Of a DNA stretch of 64,000 nucleotides, positions 17,954-26,373 are shown piece by piece. The stretch comes from Candidatus Shapirobacteria bacterium. Its GTDB lineage: Bacteria > Patescibacteriota > Microgenomatia > UM-FILTER-40-11. The stretch lies in the NCBI GenBank assembly GCA_020059745.1, contig JAGVBK010000004.1, forward strand, positions 100,797 to 164,796. The letters run 5' to 3'. The notes under the pieces were generated by a model that was not told the origin of the DNA, searched no databases, and saw nothing but the letters and a program-made list of their open reading frames with translations. A program made the translations under genes and the position numbers. How positions within the stretch are numbered: position 1 is the first letter of the stretch; every line of letters starts with the position of its first letter.

Positions 17954-18131
17954 GTTTTGATAACATAAAATTATGTTACAATCTTACTGTAAGATTATGA
18001 TAACGAATTTTCTGATTTTATTCAAGAAAAGCCCGCTTCTGGCCTTACTGAATTCAAAACGGCTTGAAATTTCCCCGAAAAACGGCTGGCGAGCCCGCGT
18101 AGCGGGCGAGCCAATGACTTCATTTCCTAAC

Positions 18132-18219
18132 TGGCGGAGAGAGCGGGATTCGAACCCGCGAGAGCTTTCGCCCTGCGCGCTTTCCAAGCGCGTGCACTCG
18201 ACCACTATGCGACCTCTCC
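18132..18219 (-). tRNA. tRNA-Ser(GGA)
   Basis: Reverse-complement cloverleaf: anticodon loop TTGGAAA, long variable arm, T-arm GGGTTCGAATCCC, encoded CCA. Confidence 0.8.
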
Positions 18220-18261
18220 AATAATTTAATTTTACCTTAGTTAGCTTTAAAAATCGACATT

Positions 18262-18335
18262 GCGCCTCTGGGAGGAATTGAACCTCCGACCCCCAGTTCC
18301 GGAAACTGATGCTCTATCCCCTGAGCTACAGAGGC
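18262..18335 (-). tRNA. tRNA-Arg(CCG)
   Basis: Reverse-complement: acceptor GCCTCTG, D-arm AGCTCAGGGGATAGAGC, anticodon loop TTCCGGA, T-loop TTCAATT. Confidence 0.75.
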
Positions 18336-18418
18336 AAATTACCCTAAAGCGGATTGCGTCCGCTGGGGTCACAGCAAAACATATGAAAGGCGTCGCGTAA
18401 TAATCTCGCCATATCAAG

Positions 18419-18497
18419 GCGGAAAGGGTGGGAGGGTGTGCGCTTGCTTCGCAATGCTCCGTTAATCCCGCCCTTCCTTGAAACTGCGTTTCTGCGG
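18419..18497. repeat. ~72-bp repeat unit, copy B, inserted at the 3' end of tRNA-Ser(CGA)
   Basis: GCGGAAAGGGTGGGA + core GGGTGTGCGC...CCTTCCTTGA + AACTGCGTTTCTGCGG, followed by a duplicated GCGGAAAGGGTGGGA that is the tRNA 3' end. Confidence 0.55.
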
Positions 18498-18579
18498 AAA
18501 GGGTGGGATTCGAACCCACGGTAGCTTGCGCCACACTGGTTTTCGAAACCAGCTCATTCGACCACTCTGACACCTTTCC
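18494..18579 (-). tRNA. tRNA-Ser(CGA)
   Basis: Reverse-complement: acceptor GGAAAGG, anticodon loop TTCGAAA, long variable arm, T-arm GGGTTCGAATCCC. Confidence 0.8.
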
Positions 18580-18581
18580 TG

Positions 18582-18654
18582 GTGCGCCCAGGAGGAATTG
18601 AACCCCCAACCTTTTGGACCGCAACCAAATGTTCTATCCGTTGAACTATGGGCG
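18582..18654 (-). tRNA. tRNA-Arg (anticodon read as GCG)
   Basis: Reverse-complement: acceptor GCGCCCA, D-arm GTTCAACGGATAGAAC, anticodon stem TTTGG/CCAAA with loop TTGCGGT, T-loop TTCAATT. An anticodon of GCG is unusual and should be confirmed. Confidence 0.6.
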
Positions 18655-18704
18655 CATTTAATTTGTAGCTTCTATATTATACCAGAATTCAGCCTTAAAT
18701 AGGC

Positions 18705-19271
18705 TTATTTTGAAGGCTTTTGTGAAGGTGGGCTTTTTTTCTCACTTTCAAGGGGAATTTTCTCAGAAAGCCAGGTTGAGGCATTGTCTAAAAATGTGGG
18801 TTCTGGCTCTTCCTCAAAAGCATATCTTAAAGAAATTTCCCTAATTTTTGCCTCGTCTCCCTCACCAATCATTAAGCTTAAACGAGAGGGGAAACCATAT
18901 TTAAGCTGGTAATTAACCATCTTTTGACCATATTTTTGATTTATCCAAAACTGCTCAACATTCTCCCAAGGATAAGTTTGGCCGGCATAAGCAACCCCCC
19001 GGTTTGTTAATCTATTTTCAATTTCTTCAGGAGGCACAGTAGAAAGAACATAAACTACAAAAACAAAAGCAATAATGGCGGCAATTAAAAAGAAATCTTT
19101 AACAAAGATTAAAATCAGGCTAACCAATAAAACAATAGCCAAAATCGTGCTCCAAAACTCCTTGTCTCTTTTTTTAAAAGGCCTTGTAGGCGCTTTCCAG
19201 GCGTATAAAACTTTTAGCTCTTTTGAGGGAATTACTTCTTGAATGGACTGAGAGGAATCAGACTCTGGCAT
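18705..19271 (-). CDS. Hypothetical membrane protein
   Basis: Two adjacent TM helices and a C-terminal soluble domain. No recognisable motif. Confidence 0.4.
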   Translation of the reverse strand: MPESDSSQSIQEVIPSKELKVLYAWKAPTRPFKKRDKEFWSTILAIVLLVSLILIFVKDFFLIAAIIAFVFVVYVLSTVPPEEIENRLTNRGVAYAGQTYPWENVEQFWINQKYGQKMVNYQLKYGFPSRLSLMIGEGDEAKIREISLRYAFEEEPEPTFLDNASTWLSEKIPLESEKKSPPSQKPSK

Positions 19272-19307
19272 TAAGTTAAGAATAAATCAAACAATCACCA
19301 AAATCAA

Positions 19308-19913
19308 TTATTTGTACATATAAATGGTAAAATCCTGGGGAGAATAGGTGTTTATAAGCTCCACTTTAGGAGTAACTGTCCGGCAAAACTCAGTCACTTC
19401 TTTTGAGTCATAAGCAGCAAAAAGCTCATCATCAATATGCCCTTTGGCATCAAGCATGTTAAAAGCAAGCCCAAGCTTACTTAAAGAAAACATTTTTTTA
19501 ATCATCTCAAAGTATTTTTCCTTGTGATTAGGAACCTTAAAAGACAAAGCTCCGGAAGAAAGGACATAATCAAAGCTTCCAGATTCAAAATTAAAAATAT
19601 CAAAAACCAGAAATTTAGCCTCTGGGTATTTAATTTTAGCTTTTTCTACCAGCTCCGGCACAGCATCAATACCCAGGTAATCAAAATCGCGATAACTTAG
19701 GTTAAGAAAGCGGTAAAGGTCCCCCAAGCCAGAACCAACATCTAAAATACTTTTTTTATCAAAATCCCCTACCCCGGTTAAAGCTTGGAACCTAATAAGC
19801 TGAGACTCTTCCCCTGCCCAATTTAAAGCTTTGGCGCTGTTAATGCCGTAAGTTTTTAATGATTTTATATAGTAATCCCTCAACCTGGTTTTATCTTGAT
19901 CTGAAAATTTCAT
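19308..19913 (-). CDS. Class I SAM-dependent methyltransferase
   Basis: Motif I ILDVGSGLGDL and a Rossmann-fold pattern. Confidence 0.7.
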   Translation of the reverse strand: MKFSDQDKTRLRDYYIKSLKTYGINSAKALNWAGEESQLIRFQALTGVGDFDKKSILDVGSGLGDLYRFLNLSYRDFDYLGIDAVPELVEKAKIKYPEAKFLVFDIFNFESGSFDYVLSSGALSFKVPNHKEKYFEMIKKMFSLSKLGLAFNMLDAKGHIDDELFAAYDSKEVTEFCRTVTPKVELINTYSPQDFTIYMYK

Positions 19914-19940
19914 CTTTGAAACTCTAAAAAATTTGGCAAT

Positions 19941-21164
19941 TTACCCAAACATCAACCATTCGGGTTTAAAAAGAAGCAATAAGCCAATAAAGAACATTAA
20001 AAAGCCGCCAATAAGATGGGAATAGCGAGAATATTTACTTTGCAAGCCTACGGCTTTGAGGGTAATCATGGCAGTGAAAAAAACAACTAAATCATCAATC
20101 ATAAAAATTAAAATATAAAAGAGAAGATAAAGGTAATACTGCCACTTTGGAAGTCCAGAAAGACTTAGAATTTGGGTATAAACAGCAGGCAGCCCCGCCG
20201 AACAAACAAGCTCTACTAAATTTACCGTTATTGCTAAAATGATTATTCCTCCCAGAGCAAGAAAGAATTCTTTTCTTTCGGTAATCGCTCGAATTTTTTG
20301 AAAAATCTTTTGTCTTTTTTTACTTCCCGTAACTGGGCAACTAGCTTCTTTGTTGGTCCAATAATCCCGAAGGTAATATCCTCCCGCGGTTAAAGCCACC
20401 AAACCGATTAAAATTCTAACCCAAATGACAAAACCTAAAAACAAAAATAAATTCAACCAGGCAGAAAGAAAAAGAAAATATACTGCTGCACTGGTAACAA
20501 TAAAAGTTATTCCCAAAATCCACATCCTCTTTCTGTCTTTCATACCTAAAAGCAAACTAATAAGGAATAATAGCGTCCACATGGCGCAGGGGTTAAAACC
20601 GTCTAAAAAGGCCAAAACAAAAGTTACGACCGGCAAGGATAACTGGTAAACATCAACTTCTCCAAAAAGAGGAAGTTTAACAAATTTATCTTTAGAGATA
20701 TTTTCTCCTTTTACTGAATTAGGGTTCGAGGAGGAAACTTCAGGCTTTACCTTTTTGTCCTCTGTCTCTTTAACGATTAAAGCCACTGGGTCTTCACAAG
20801 CGGTTTGAGAACATTCAATTATCTTATTTTCAATTTCTTTGGTGGTAATACCGTCAATAAACCCGAGAAAATGATCCTTTCCTATCACCAAAAAAGGCAC
20901 GCCCCCAACCTCAACATTTAAGTTTTCCGCAGTCTTTTGCAACAAAGCATTATTCTCCCGGTTGTGGTAAATCTCATATTCTTTTACTTTTAACTGTGGG
21001 TGCCTGCCTTCAAGCTCGTTAAGAAATTCCTGCATTTTCCCACAGTGGGGACAACCACGACCATAAAAGAAATAAGCATTAACAACAGGGGCTGCTCTCA
21101 CTTTTCCAAAAGAAGACAAAAAAAGAAACAGAGCTAAAAATAATATTTTTATTTTTTTATACAT
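19941..21164 (-). CDS. Thiol:disulfide interchange protein (thioredoxin-like domain fused to a CcdA/DsbD-type membrane domain)
   Basis: Signal peptide, thioredoxin motif GCPHCGKM, then TM helices with the conserved FNPCAMW. The ORF-track start at 21350 runs through a repeat and tRNA-Ser, so the start was reset to the MYKKIKILF ATG at 21164. Confidence 0.6.
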   Translation of the reverse strand: MYKKIKILFLALFLFLSSFGKVRAAPVVNAYFFYGRGCPHCGKMQEFLNELEGRHPQLKVKEYEIYHNRENNALLQKTAENLNVEVGGVPFLVIGKDHFLGFIDGITTKEIENKIIECSQTACEDPVALIVKETEDKKVKPEVSSSNPNSVKGENISKDKFVKLPLFGEVDVYQLSLPVVTFVLAFLDGFNPCAMWTLLFLISLLLGMKDRKRMWILGITFIVTSAAVYFLFLSAWLNLFLFLGFVIWVRILIGLVALTAGGYYLRDYWTNKEASCPVTGSKKRQKIFQKIRAITERKEFFLALGGIIILAITVNLVELVCSAGLPAVYTQILSLSGLPKWQYYLYLLFYILIFMIDDLVVFFTAMITLKAVGLQSKYSRYSHLIGGFLMFFIGLLLLFKPEWLMFG

Positions 21165-21224
21165 TATTTGTCTTGTGTTTAGTAAAAACCCAGGCCGGCC
21201 TTTCTTCCCCGTTTTCCTTAAAAC

Positions 21225-21320
21225 TGCGTTTTTGCGGAGAGGGTGGGAGGGTGTGCGCTTGCTTTGCAATGCTCCGTTAATCCCGCCCTTCCTTGATGCG
21301 TTTTTGCGGAGAGGGTGGGA
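21225..21320. repeat. ~72-bp repeat unit, copy C, at the 3' end of tRNA-Ser(TGA), with a 24-bp flanking duplication
   Basis: TGCGTTTTTGCGGAGAGGGTGGGA + core GGGTGTGCGCTTGCTTTGCAATGCTCCGTTAATCCCGCCCTTCCTTGA + TGCGTTTTTGCGGAGAGGGTGGGA, followed by TTCGAACCC of the tRNA. Confidence 0.55.
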
Positions 21321-21393
21321 TTCGAACCCACGGAGAACTTGCGTCCTCAATAGTTTTCAAGACTATCGCACTAGACCACTATGCGACCTCTCC
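21307..21393 (-). tRNA. tRNA-Ser(TGA)
   Basis: Reverse-complement: acceptor GGAGAGG, anticodon loop CTTGAAA, long variable arm, T-arm GGGTTCGAATCCC. Confidence 0.8.
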
Positions 21394-21406
21394 TTCTATA
21401 GGATAG

Positions 21407-21490
21407 AAATAAATTAGCGGAGAGTGTGGGAGTCGAACCCACTCGGCGCTTTCGCACCGCAAGTTTAGCAAACTTGTGCCTTACCGTCCG
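21407..21490 (-). tRNA. tRNA-Ser(GCT)
   Basis: Reverse-complement: acceptor GGAGAGT, anticodon loop TTGCTAA, long variable arm, T-arm GGGTTCGACTCCC. Confidence 0.75.
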
Positions 21491-21537
21491 GCCCACTCTC
21501 CAGGATACCCATATTATACCCAAATTCACCTTTAAAT

Positions 21538-22224
21538 TCACCTACAAATGGTCAAACCCCAAATATTTTTAGCGCCAGCTTTTTTTAAAACACCGGCAGC
21601 TTCGGTCATAGTAGCCCCGGTAGTCCAGACATCGTCAACTAAAACAATACTTAATCCCCTTACCGGTTTTTTTAGCTTAAAGATTCCTCTGACATTTTCT
21701 TTTCTTTCCTTTGATCCCAAAGTAGTTTGGGAAACGGTTGGTTTCCTTTTGATCAAAGTATCTTCTTTTAGAGAAAGGCCGGTTTTTTTAGCTAAGGCTT
21801 TGCCGAAAAGAACCGATTGGTTAAATCCCCTGATATTTTCCTTGTGCCAATGAAGCGGTATAGGAACTAAAATCGGCTTTTTTTGATCAATAAATTTATA
21901 CAAAGAAATAAAGGCTTTTTCATTTTCCCATTCCCGAAAAATTACCGAAAAAAGCTCAGGAAAAATATCAGTTAAAAACTCATATTTTATCTGATGAATT
22001 ACCTCTTTCAAAAGACCCTCAAACCTAAAAAAAGAAAAAAGCCCTTCAAGATCACATTTTTCCCGACAAAAAGAGTGCGTTTTGCCGCCCAAAGATGGCT
22101 TTTGGCAAAAAGGGCAAATTGGCGAGGCTTTTAAGAAAGTCTCTTGACAGCTTTTACATAGATAACTTCCTTCTTTTCCACAACCCAAGCATTCTTTGGG
22201 AAAAACAAGGTCTAAAATATTCAT
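21538..22224 (-). CDS. comFC: ComF-family protein (double zinc ribbon plus phosphoribosyltransferase domain)
   Basis: N-terminal CxxC x4, PRTase motif VLVDDVWTTGATM. Confidence 0.75.
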   Translation of the reverse strand: MNILDLVFPKECLGCGKEGSYLCKSCQETFLKASPICPFCQKPSLGGKTHSFCREKCDLEGLFSFFRFEGLLKEVIHQIKYEFLTDIFPELFSVIFREWENEKAFISLYKFIDQKKPILVPIPLHWHKENIRGFNQSVLFGKALAKKTGLSLKEDTLIKRKPTVSQTTLGSKERKENVRGIFKLKKPVRGLSIVLVDDVWTTGATMTEAAGVLKKAGAKNIWGLTICR

Positions 22225-22260
22225 CTCTCTTAGTTTAGCTCGTAATGATACAATATAGCC

Positions 22261-22707
22261 ATGAAAATCGTAAACAAAAAAGCAGGGTTTGATTATGAAA
22301 TCTCAGAGAAGATTGAGGCTGGCGTGGCCTTAACCGGAGCTGAAGTTAAATCGCTTTTTTCCGGCCAGGCAAGCTTGGATGAAGCTTATGTAAAAATAAT
22401 TGACGGAGAGGCTTTCTTAATTAATGCCCATATCCACCCATACCAATACGCCGATACCCGAAAAATTGATCCTAAGCGCACCAGAAAGCTTCTGCTTCAC
22501 AAAAAAGAGCTGCTTTCCCTTATTAATAAAATAAAGCAGAAAAATTTGATCATAATCCCCCTCTCGTGGTATAATATTGGTCACCAAATCAAGCTTGAGA
22601 TAGCCTTAGCCAAAGGTAAGAAAAAATGGCAAAAAAAAGAAGCTATTAAAAAGCGAGACTTGGAGAGGGAAATAGAACAAACAATCGGCAAAAAGATTAA
22701 AAACTAA
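22261..22707 (+). CDS. smpB: SsrA-binding protein SmpB
   Basis: KAGFDYEI...GVALTGAEVKS...LLLHKKE match SmpB. tmRNA lies immediately downstream. Confidence 0.9.
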   Translation: MKIVNKKAGFDYEISEKIEAGVALTGAEVKSLFSGQASLDEAYVKIIDGEAFLINAHIHPYQYADTRKIDPKRTRKLLLHKKELLSLINKIKQKNLIIIPLSWYNIGHQIKLEIALAKGKKKWQKKEAIKKRDLEREIEQTIGKKIKN

Positions 22708-22791
22708 TTTTTGCGGCGATTCAATTGAAGATCGCAAAAATTACCTTGAAGGATGATTTTTTGAAAGAAACCTCGGTTTCTTTCAATGAAA

Positions 22792-23165
22792 AGGGGATGC
22801 ACTGGTTTCGACGGGAAGCGCTCTTTTAAAACTGCAAGCCTCCTTTGAATCACAGGAGTAAAAAAGATTCAAAAAAGAAAAGACAACGATTATTCTGTTG
22901 CCCCTAGCGTTAACTACAACGTTAACTACGCTTTTGCGTAAATAGGCATCTTTAAAATTTCTTGCTTGCCGGAAGCTTAAAGGTGTAAACAAAGACAAGA
23001 CGCAGGCTGCTGGTTTGCCAAACACCAGTTGCCAAAGCCTAAGTTTGGCAACCTCTAGCTTTCCAGGTTAACGGATCAGGCTAGAGGTAAAAAAGTTAAC
23101 CTAAGCTTGTAGAAGTTTTAAATTAGACTTTTCGGATTCCGGTTCAATTCCGGACATCTCCACAC
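22792..23165 (+). ncRNA. ssrA: tmRNA (SsrA)
   Basis: 5' end GGGGATGCACTGGTTTCGACGGG. A tag reading frame ends ...VAPSVNYNVNYAFA with TAA at 22939-22941. A T-arm-like TCCGGTTCAATTCCGGA is followed by the 3' acceptor CATCTCC-A. CCA is not encoded. Confidence 0.75.
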
Positions 23166-23305
23166 TCCGCCCCGCCGAATCGGCGGGGCTTCGCGTGGTA
23201 AACCACACTTCGTCAACCGAAGAAACCTGTTCGATTTGATAAGGAGTGTGCCCCTACTGAAGCTCGAAGAGCGAAAGGGGGCTATGCTCTGGTAAAATTT
23301 TATAT

Positions 23306-23542
23306 GTGTATTATGTTTATATTCTCAAACTTTCTGACAATTCTTTTTATGCTGGTTTCTCTTCCAACTTAAAACAAAGGATTAAAGCTCATAACGATGG
23401 TTGCATCGAATCGACTAAAAACTTACGACCTTTAAAATTAGTATATTATTCTGCTTTTACTTCTAAAGAAAAGGCAACAAAATTTGAAAAATACTTAAAG
23501 CCTAGTTCAGGTTTTGCTTTCAGAAACAAACGGCTTGTTTAA
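23306..23542 (+). CDS. GIY-YIG nuclease-family protein (UPF0213-like), GTG start
   Basis: YYVYILKLSDNSFYAGFSSNLKQRIKAHN is a GIY-YIG motif. Confidence 0.7.
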   Translation: MYYVYILKLSDNSFYAGFSSNLKQRIKAHNDGCIESTKNLRPLKLVYYSAFTSKEKATKFEKYLKPSSGFAFRNKRLV

Positions 23543-23548
23543 TTTGCT

Positions 23549-25471
23549 TTATTTTAAAGCAGCTTCGTAGATTTTGGAGCCTGCTAAGATAAAAAGCCTT
23601 TTTTCAGGTTCAATAGCCACAATGTCGCTTGCTTCCTTAAACTTTTCCGAAACATATAAAGACTTAAAATTGCCTTTTTTGTCAATAACAAAGAGCTTCC
23701 CTGCTTCTTTGTCTAAAACATAAAGGTTTTCCGTTTCCTCAGAGGTAAAGATTTTTGCTGCTGCCTTAAACTCTTCCGGCATTTTTTGCAAAGAAAAAGC
23801 CTCTTCTTTTCCCAGGTTAAACTTGGCAATGCTTTTTTCCTCTAAAACCCAGATGGAACTGTCTATGGCCATGGAAACTGTTTTTGAAAGGTCAGGCGGG
23901 TTACCGATAAACCAGCTCTTTTTAGCACCAAATTCTCCTTCTGAATAAAGATACCTCCAGATAGTAGTATTTTTATCCAAAAGATAGACATTGCCGTTAA
24001 AAGAAGAAATTGCAGCAATTTCTCCCCAACCCGAATCGCTTTCAATCACCAGCTTTGCACTTTCCTCCTCAATCTCAAAAACCCCTTTATCCCCAAAAAC
24101 AAAGGCTTTTCCACCTGAGGCGGTAATCAGGTTTGCTTTTTCATCAAAATCAAGCACGCGGTGTGATTTTTTCTCCGCATCAAGAAAATAAATCTGGGAT
24201 TGACCCTGGTCTAAAATAACTAAATTTTCATTTAGAAGCGCAAAAGCGACTCCTGAGGCGCCATCTTTAATTAAGTTAAGATCCATAAAAACCGAAGGCT
24301 CATTTAGATAATGCTCATCGCCTAAAGATTCTAGGAATTTTTCAACCTGTTCTTTCAAAAAAACTGCCTCTTCATTATCTTTGGAAACACTCATGGCCTC
24401 AGAAACAAGGTTTTGAGCTTGAATACCCAAAACACGGCTTTCATTAGAATCCTGGGAAGAAAGAATTTTCCCCTGATTAAGCTTTTCCTCAGCCTGGCTT
24501 AAAATTTGGCTGGCTTGGGCTTTCTTTTGGCTTTCAATTCTCTTTTTACTGCCAAAAACAATGCTTATGCCTAAAAGGAAAAGAAGGAATAAAGCTGCCA
24601 AAAAGTAAACTTTTTTCTTTTTTTCCAAAGCAGTTTTTTTGACAAAAATCGGTCTTTCCGATAAATCTTCAGTTTTTTTGCTGCCAAATGCTGATCTTCT
24701 TCTTGAAATTTTTCTTTCCAGTAAAAAGTCTTTAATTTTTTTTCTAAGACTTACTTTTTCTTCTTCAGGCATCCCTGCCGCTGAAGACGGAGAAATAATA
24801 GTTTCCTCGGTTTTCTCAGTTTCTCCGGAAAAAACCTGCTGAATTTCTAAAGGTTCATTTTTTTGGGCTAGAGCCAGTATGGCTGCGGCAGCAGCCATGT
24901 CGTTGTGTCCAAGAATAACCGGGGCCAAGGCTTCAACCGCTTCTTCTGCCGAGCCTCCTTCCAGACTGGCCTTTAAAACTCCATCCCCCACCACGTTAAA
25001 AAACTTCTTCGAACCAATAACAACAAGGTCATTTTCTTCTAAAACACCGCTGGCAGTTTGCAAATCCCCATCGCCTTTAAGAATCTGGCTAAACCTGTCC
25101 CCTCTTTTAAGGCAAACTTTCCCTTCTCCATAGATAGCAAGATACAAAACTTTCTCAAACAAAACCGCGGCAATAATTTCAATGTCCTGATTTTCCGAAG
25201 TTATTTTGCTTACAGCTGAAGTTAATCTCTCAAAGGCAGTACCTTCGAGATTACCGTAGTATTCCTCATGCAGCCTTGCCAAAACCTCTCTTCCTGCCGC
25301 CACGGCCTCGATGCCTTCTGGTACCCCCGCCAAAACCAAGACTGCCAGTAAATCACCTCTTTTTTCTTTTTTTTCTTGATCTTCAGGAAAAAAGGTATGA
25401 ACCTGCGACCAAAAGCCGTCGCTTGGGTTACCAACTACCTTTGCAACCTGAAGGACAAACTTTCTTTCCAT
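23549..25471 (-). CDS. Membrane protein with an N-terminal PP2C/SpoIIE-like phosphatase domain (tentative)
   Basis: The N-terminal ~200 aa resemble a PPM-type fold (GDGDLQTASGVLEENDLVVIGSKKFF). A TM helix and a large C-terminal domain follow. Confidence 0.35.
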   Translation of the reverse strand: MERKFVLQVAKVVGNPSDGFWSQVHTFFPEDQEKKEKRGDLLAVLVLAGVPEGIEAVAAGREVLARLHEEYYGNLEGTAFERLTSAVSKITSENQDIEIIAAVLFEKVLYLAIYGEGKVCLKRGDRFSQILKGDGDLQTASGVLEENDLVVIGSKKFFNVVGDGVLKASLEGGSAEEAVEALAPVILGHNDMAAAAAILALAQKNEPLEIQQVFSGETEKTEETIISPSSAAGMPEEEKVSLRKKIKDFLLERKISRRRSAFGSKKTEDLSERPIFVKKTALEKKKKVYFLAALFLLFLLGISIVFGSKKRIESQKKAQASQILSQAEEKLNQGKILSSQDSNESRVLGIQAQNLVSEAMSVSKDNEEAVFLKEQVEKFLESLGDEHYLNEPSVFMDLNLIKDGASGVAFALLNENLVILDQGQSQIYFLDAEKKSHRVLDFDEKANLITASGGKAFVFGDKGVFEIEEESAKLVIESDSGWGEIAAISSFNGNVYLLDKNTTIWRYLYSEGEFGAKKSWFIGNPPDLSKTVSMAIDSSIWVLEEKSIAKFNLGKEEAFSLQKMPEEFKAAAKIFTSEETENLYVLDKEAGKLFVIDKKGNFKSLYVSEKFKEASDIVAIEPEKRLFILAGSKIYEAALK

Positions 25472-25477
25472 GAAAGT

Positions 25478-25705
25478 TTAAAAAAACAGCAGAACAAATA
25501 TAAAAATAAATAATGAAAATAAAAAGAATATCCAAGATATTGCCCTTAGAGAATTGGTCAAAATTCCCGAAACAACCTGAGTCATAAGTTTAACCTGCCT
25601 AACCACCACAAAAGAAAAAATAAGGTAAATAAAAAGGCCGATAAGAACAAAGAACTTGCCAACCTGCCAGATGTCAATGTTAAAAATGGCCCCGATAATA
25701 TCCAT
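25478..25705 (-). CDS. Small membrane protein
   Basis: Two TM helices. ORF only. Confidence 0.3.
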   Translation of the reverse strand: MDIIGAIFNIDIWQVGKFFVLIGLFIYLIFSFVVVRQVKLMTQVVSGILTNSLRAISWIFFLFSLFIFIFVLLFF

Positions 25706-26367
25706 TATCTTATTCTCCCTTCTAAGGCTTCAATTTTTTCTTCCGTCCTTAGCCTTTGCAGAATATTTGCCACACTTGCCGGCTGGGGTACGGCTTCAAA
25801 AACAAACTCAGGCATTTCCGCCGCAGTCTGGACAATTACATCTCCGTAGTTAAAAATGGTTCCAAAAACACCGTTGTTGGTAAAAGTAACATCCTGGATT
25901 TTGTCAAGCTCAGCATCAGAGATTTTTTTAGAGGTCAAATTAATAAAGTCAACATCAATTATCCTCTCATCAGTAATAATAGAGAGGTTAAAAAACCAGC
26001 TTAAGAACTGCTCATAAACAAACATTAAAAGGACAAGATACCAAAAGACAACAAAAATAAACTGGAAACGGGGAGGAAAAGAATCAAGTAAAGGAAAAAA
26101 TGTTAAGACTAAAGGAGCAAAAAACAAAGTGAGACCCAAAAGAAACCAGGGAATGTTTGTCAACCAGTGTTTCCTTAAGATTAAAAGAATCTCTTCCTCT
26201 GGTTCCTGAGTTTCAAAATGGATATTTTTTCTGGGTAAAACCAAAAGTGAGGAAAGAGAGCTTCCTTTATGCCTTGGGATAAATTCTCTTTTTTGTTCTT
26301 TTTTAGCTGGAGCGGCTTTTCTTTCGTCTTCTGAGGTATAAAGTTCAGTCATATAATATGGTAACAT
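25705..26367 (-). CDS. Hypothetical membrane protein (possibly bacterial PH-domain-like)
   Basis: Two TM helices and a C-terminal soluble domain. Confidence 0.35.
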   Translation of the reverse strand: MLPYYMTELYTSEDERKAAPAKKEQKREFIPRHKGSSLSSLLVLPRKNIHFETQEPEEEILLILRKHWLTNIPWFLLGLTLFFAPLVLTFFPLLDSFPPRFQFIFVVFWYLVLLMFVYEQFLSWFFNLSIITDERIIDVDFINLTSKKISDAELDKIQDVTFTNNGVFGTIFNYGDVIVQTAAEMPEFVFEAVPQPASVANILQRLRTEEKIEALEGRIR

Positions 26368-26373
26368 TATAAC

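Noticed and set aside
18247-18624. 125-aa minus-strand ORF
   Set aside because: It lies entirely over tRNA-Arg, repeat copy B, tRNA-Ser and tRNA-Arg, so it is a read-through artefact.
16565-21320. Possibility that the three repeat copies are a CRISPR array
   Set aside because: Copies are 1.8 and 2.7 kb apart rather than regularly spaced with short spacers, and they sit at tRNA 3' ends. No cas genes are present in the window.
19941-21350. ORF-track protein begins MRTQVLRGFESHPLRKNAS..., 186 nt upstream of the MYKK start
   Set aside because: The extension is translated through repeat copy C and the 3' end of tRNA-Ser(TGA) (21307-21393). The real start is most likely the ATG at 21164, just before the signal peptide.
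22783-23025. 80-aa minus-strand ORF
   Set aside because: It lies inside the tmRNA gene.
23549-25471. Calling this a confirmed PP2C phosphatase or a sporulation SpoIIE homolog
   Set aside because: Only loose resemblance of the N-terminal ~200 aa. The metal-binding Asp pattern could not be verified by eye, so it was kept as tentative.
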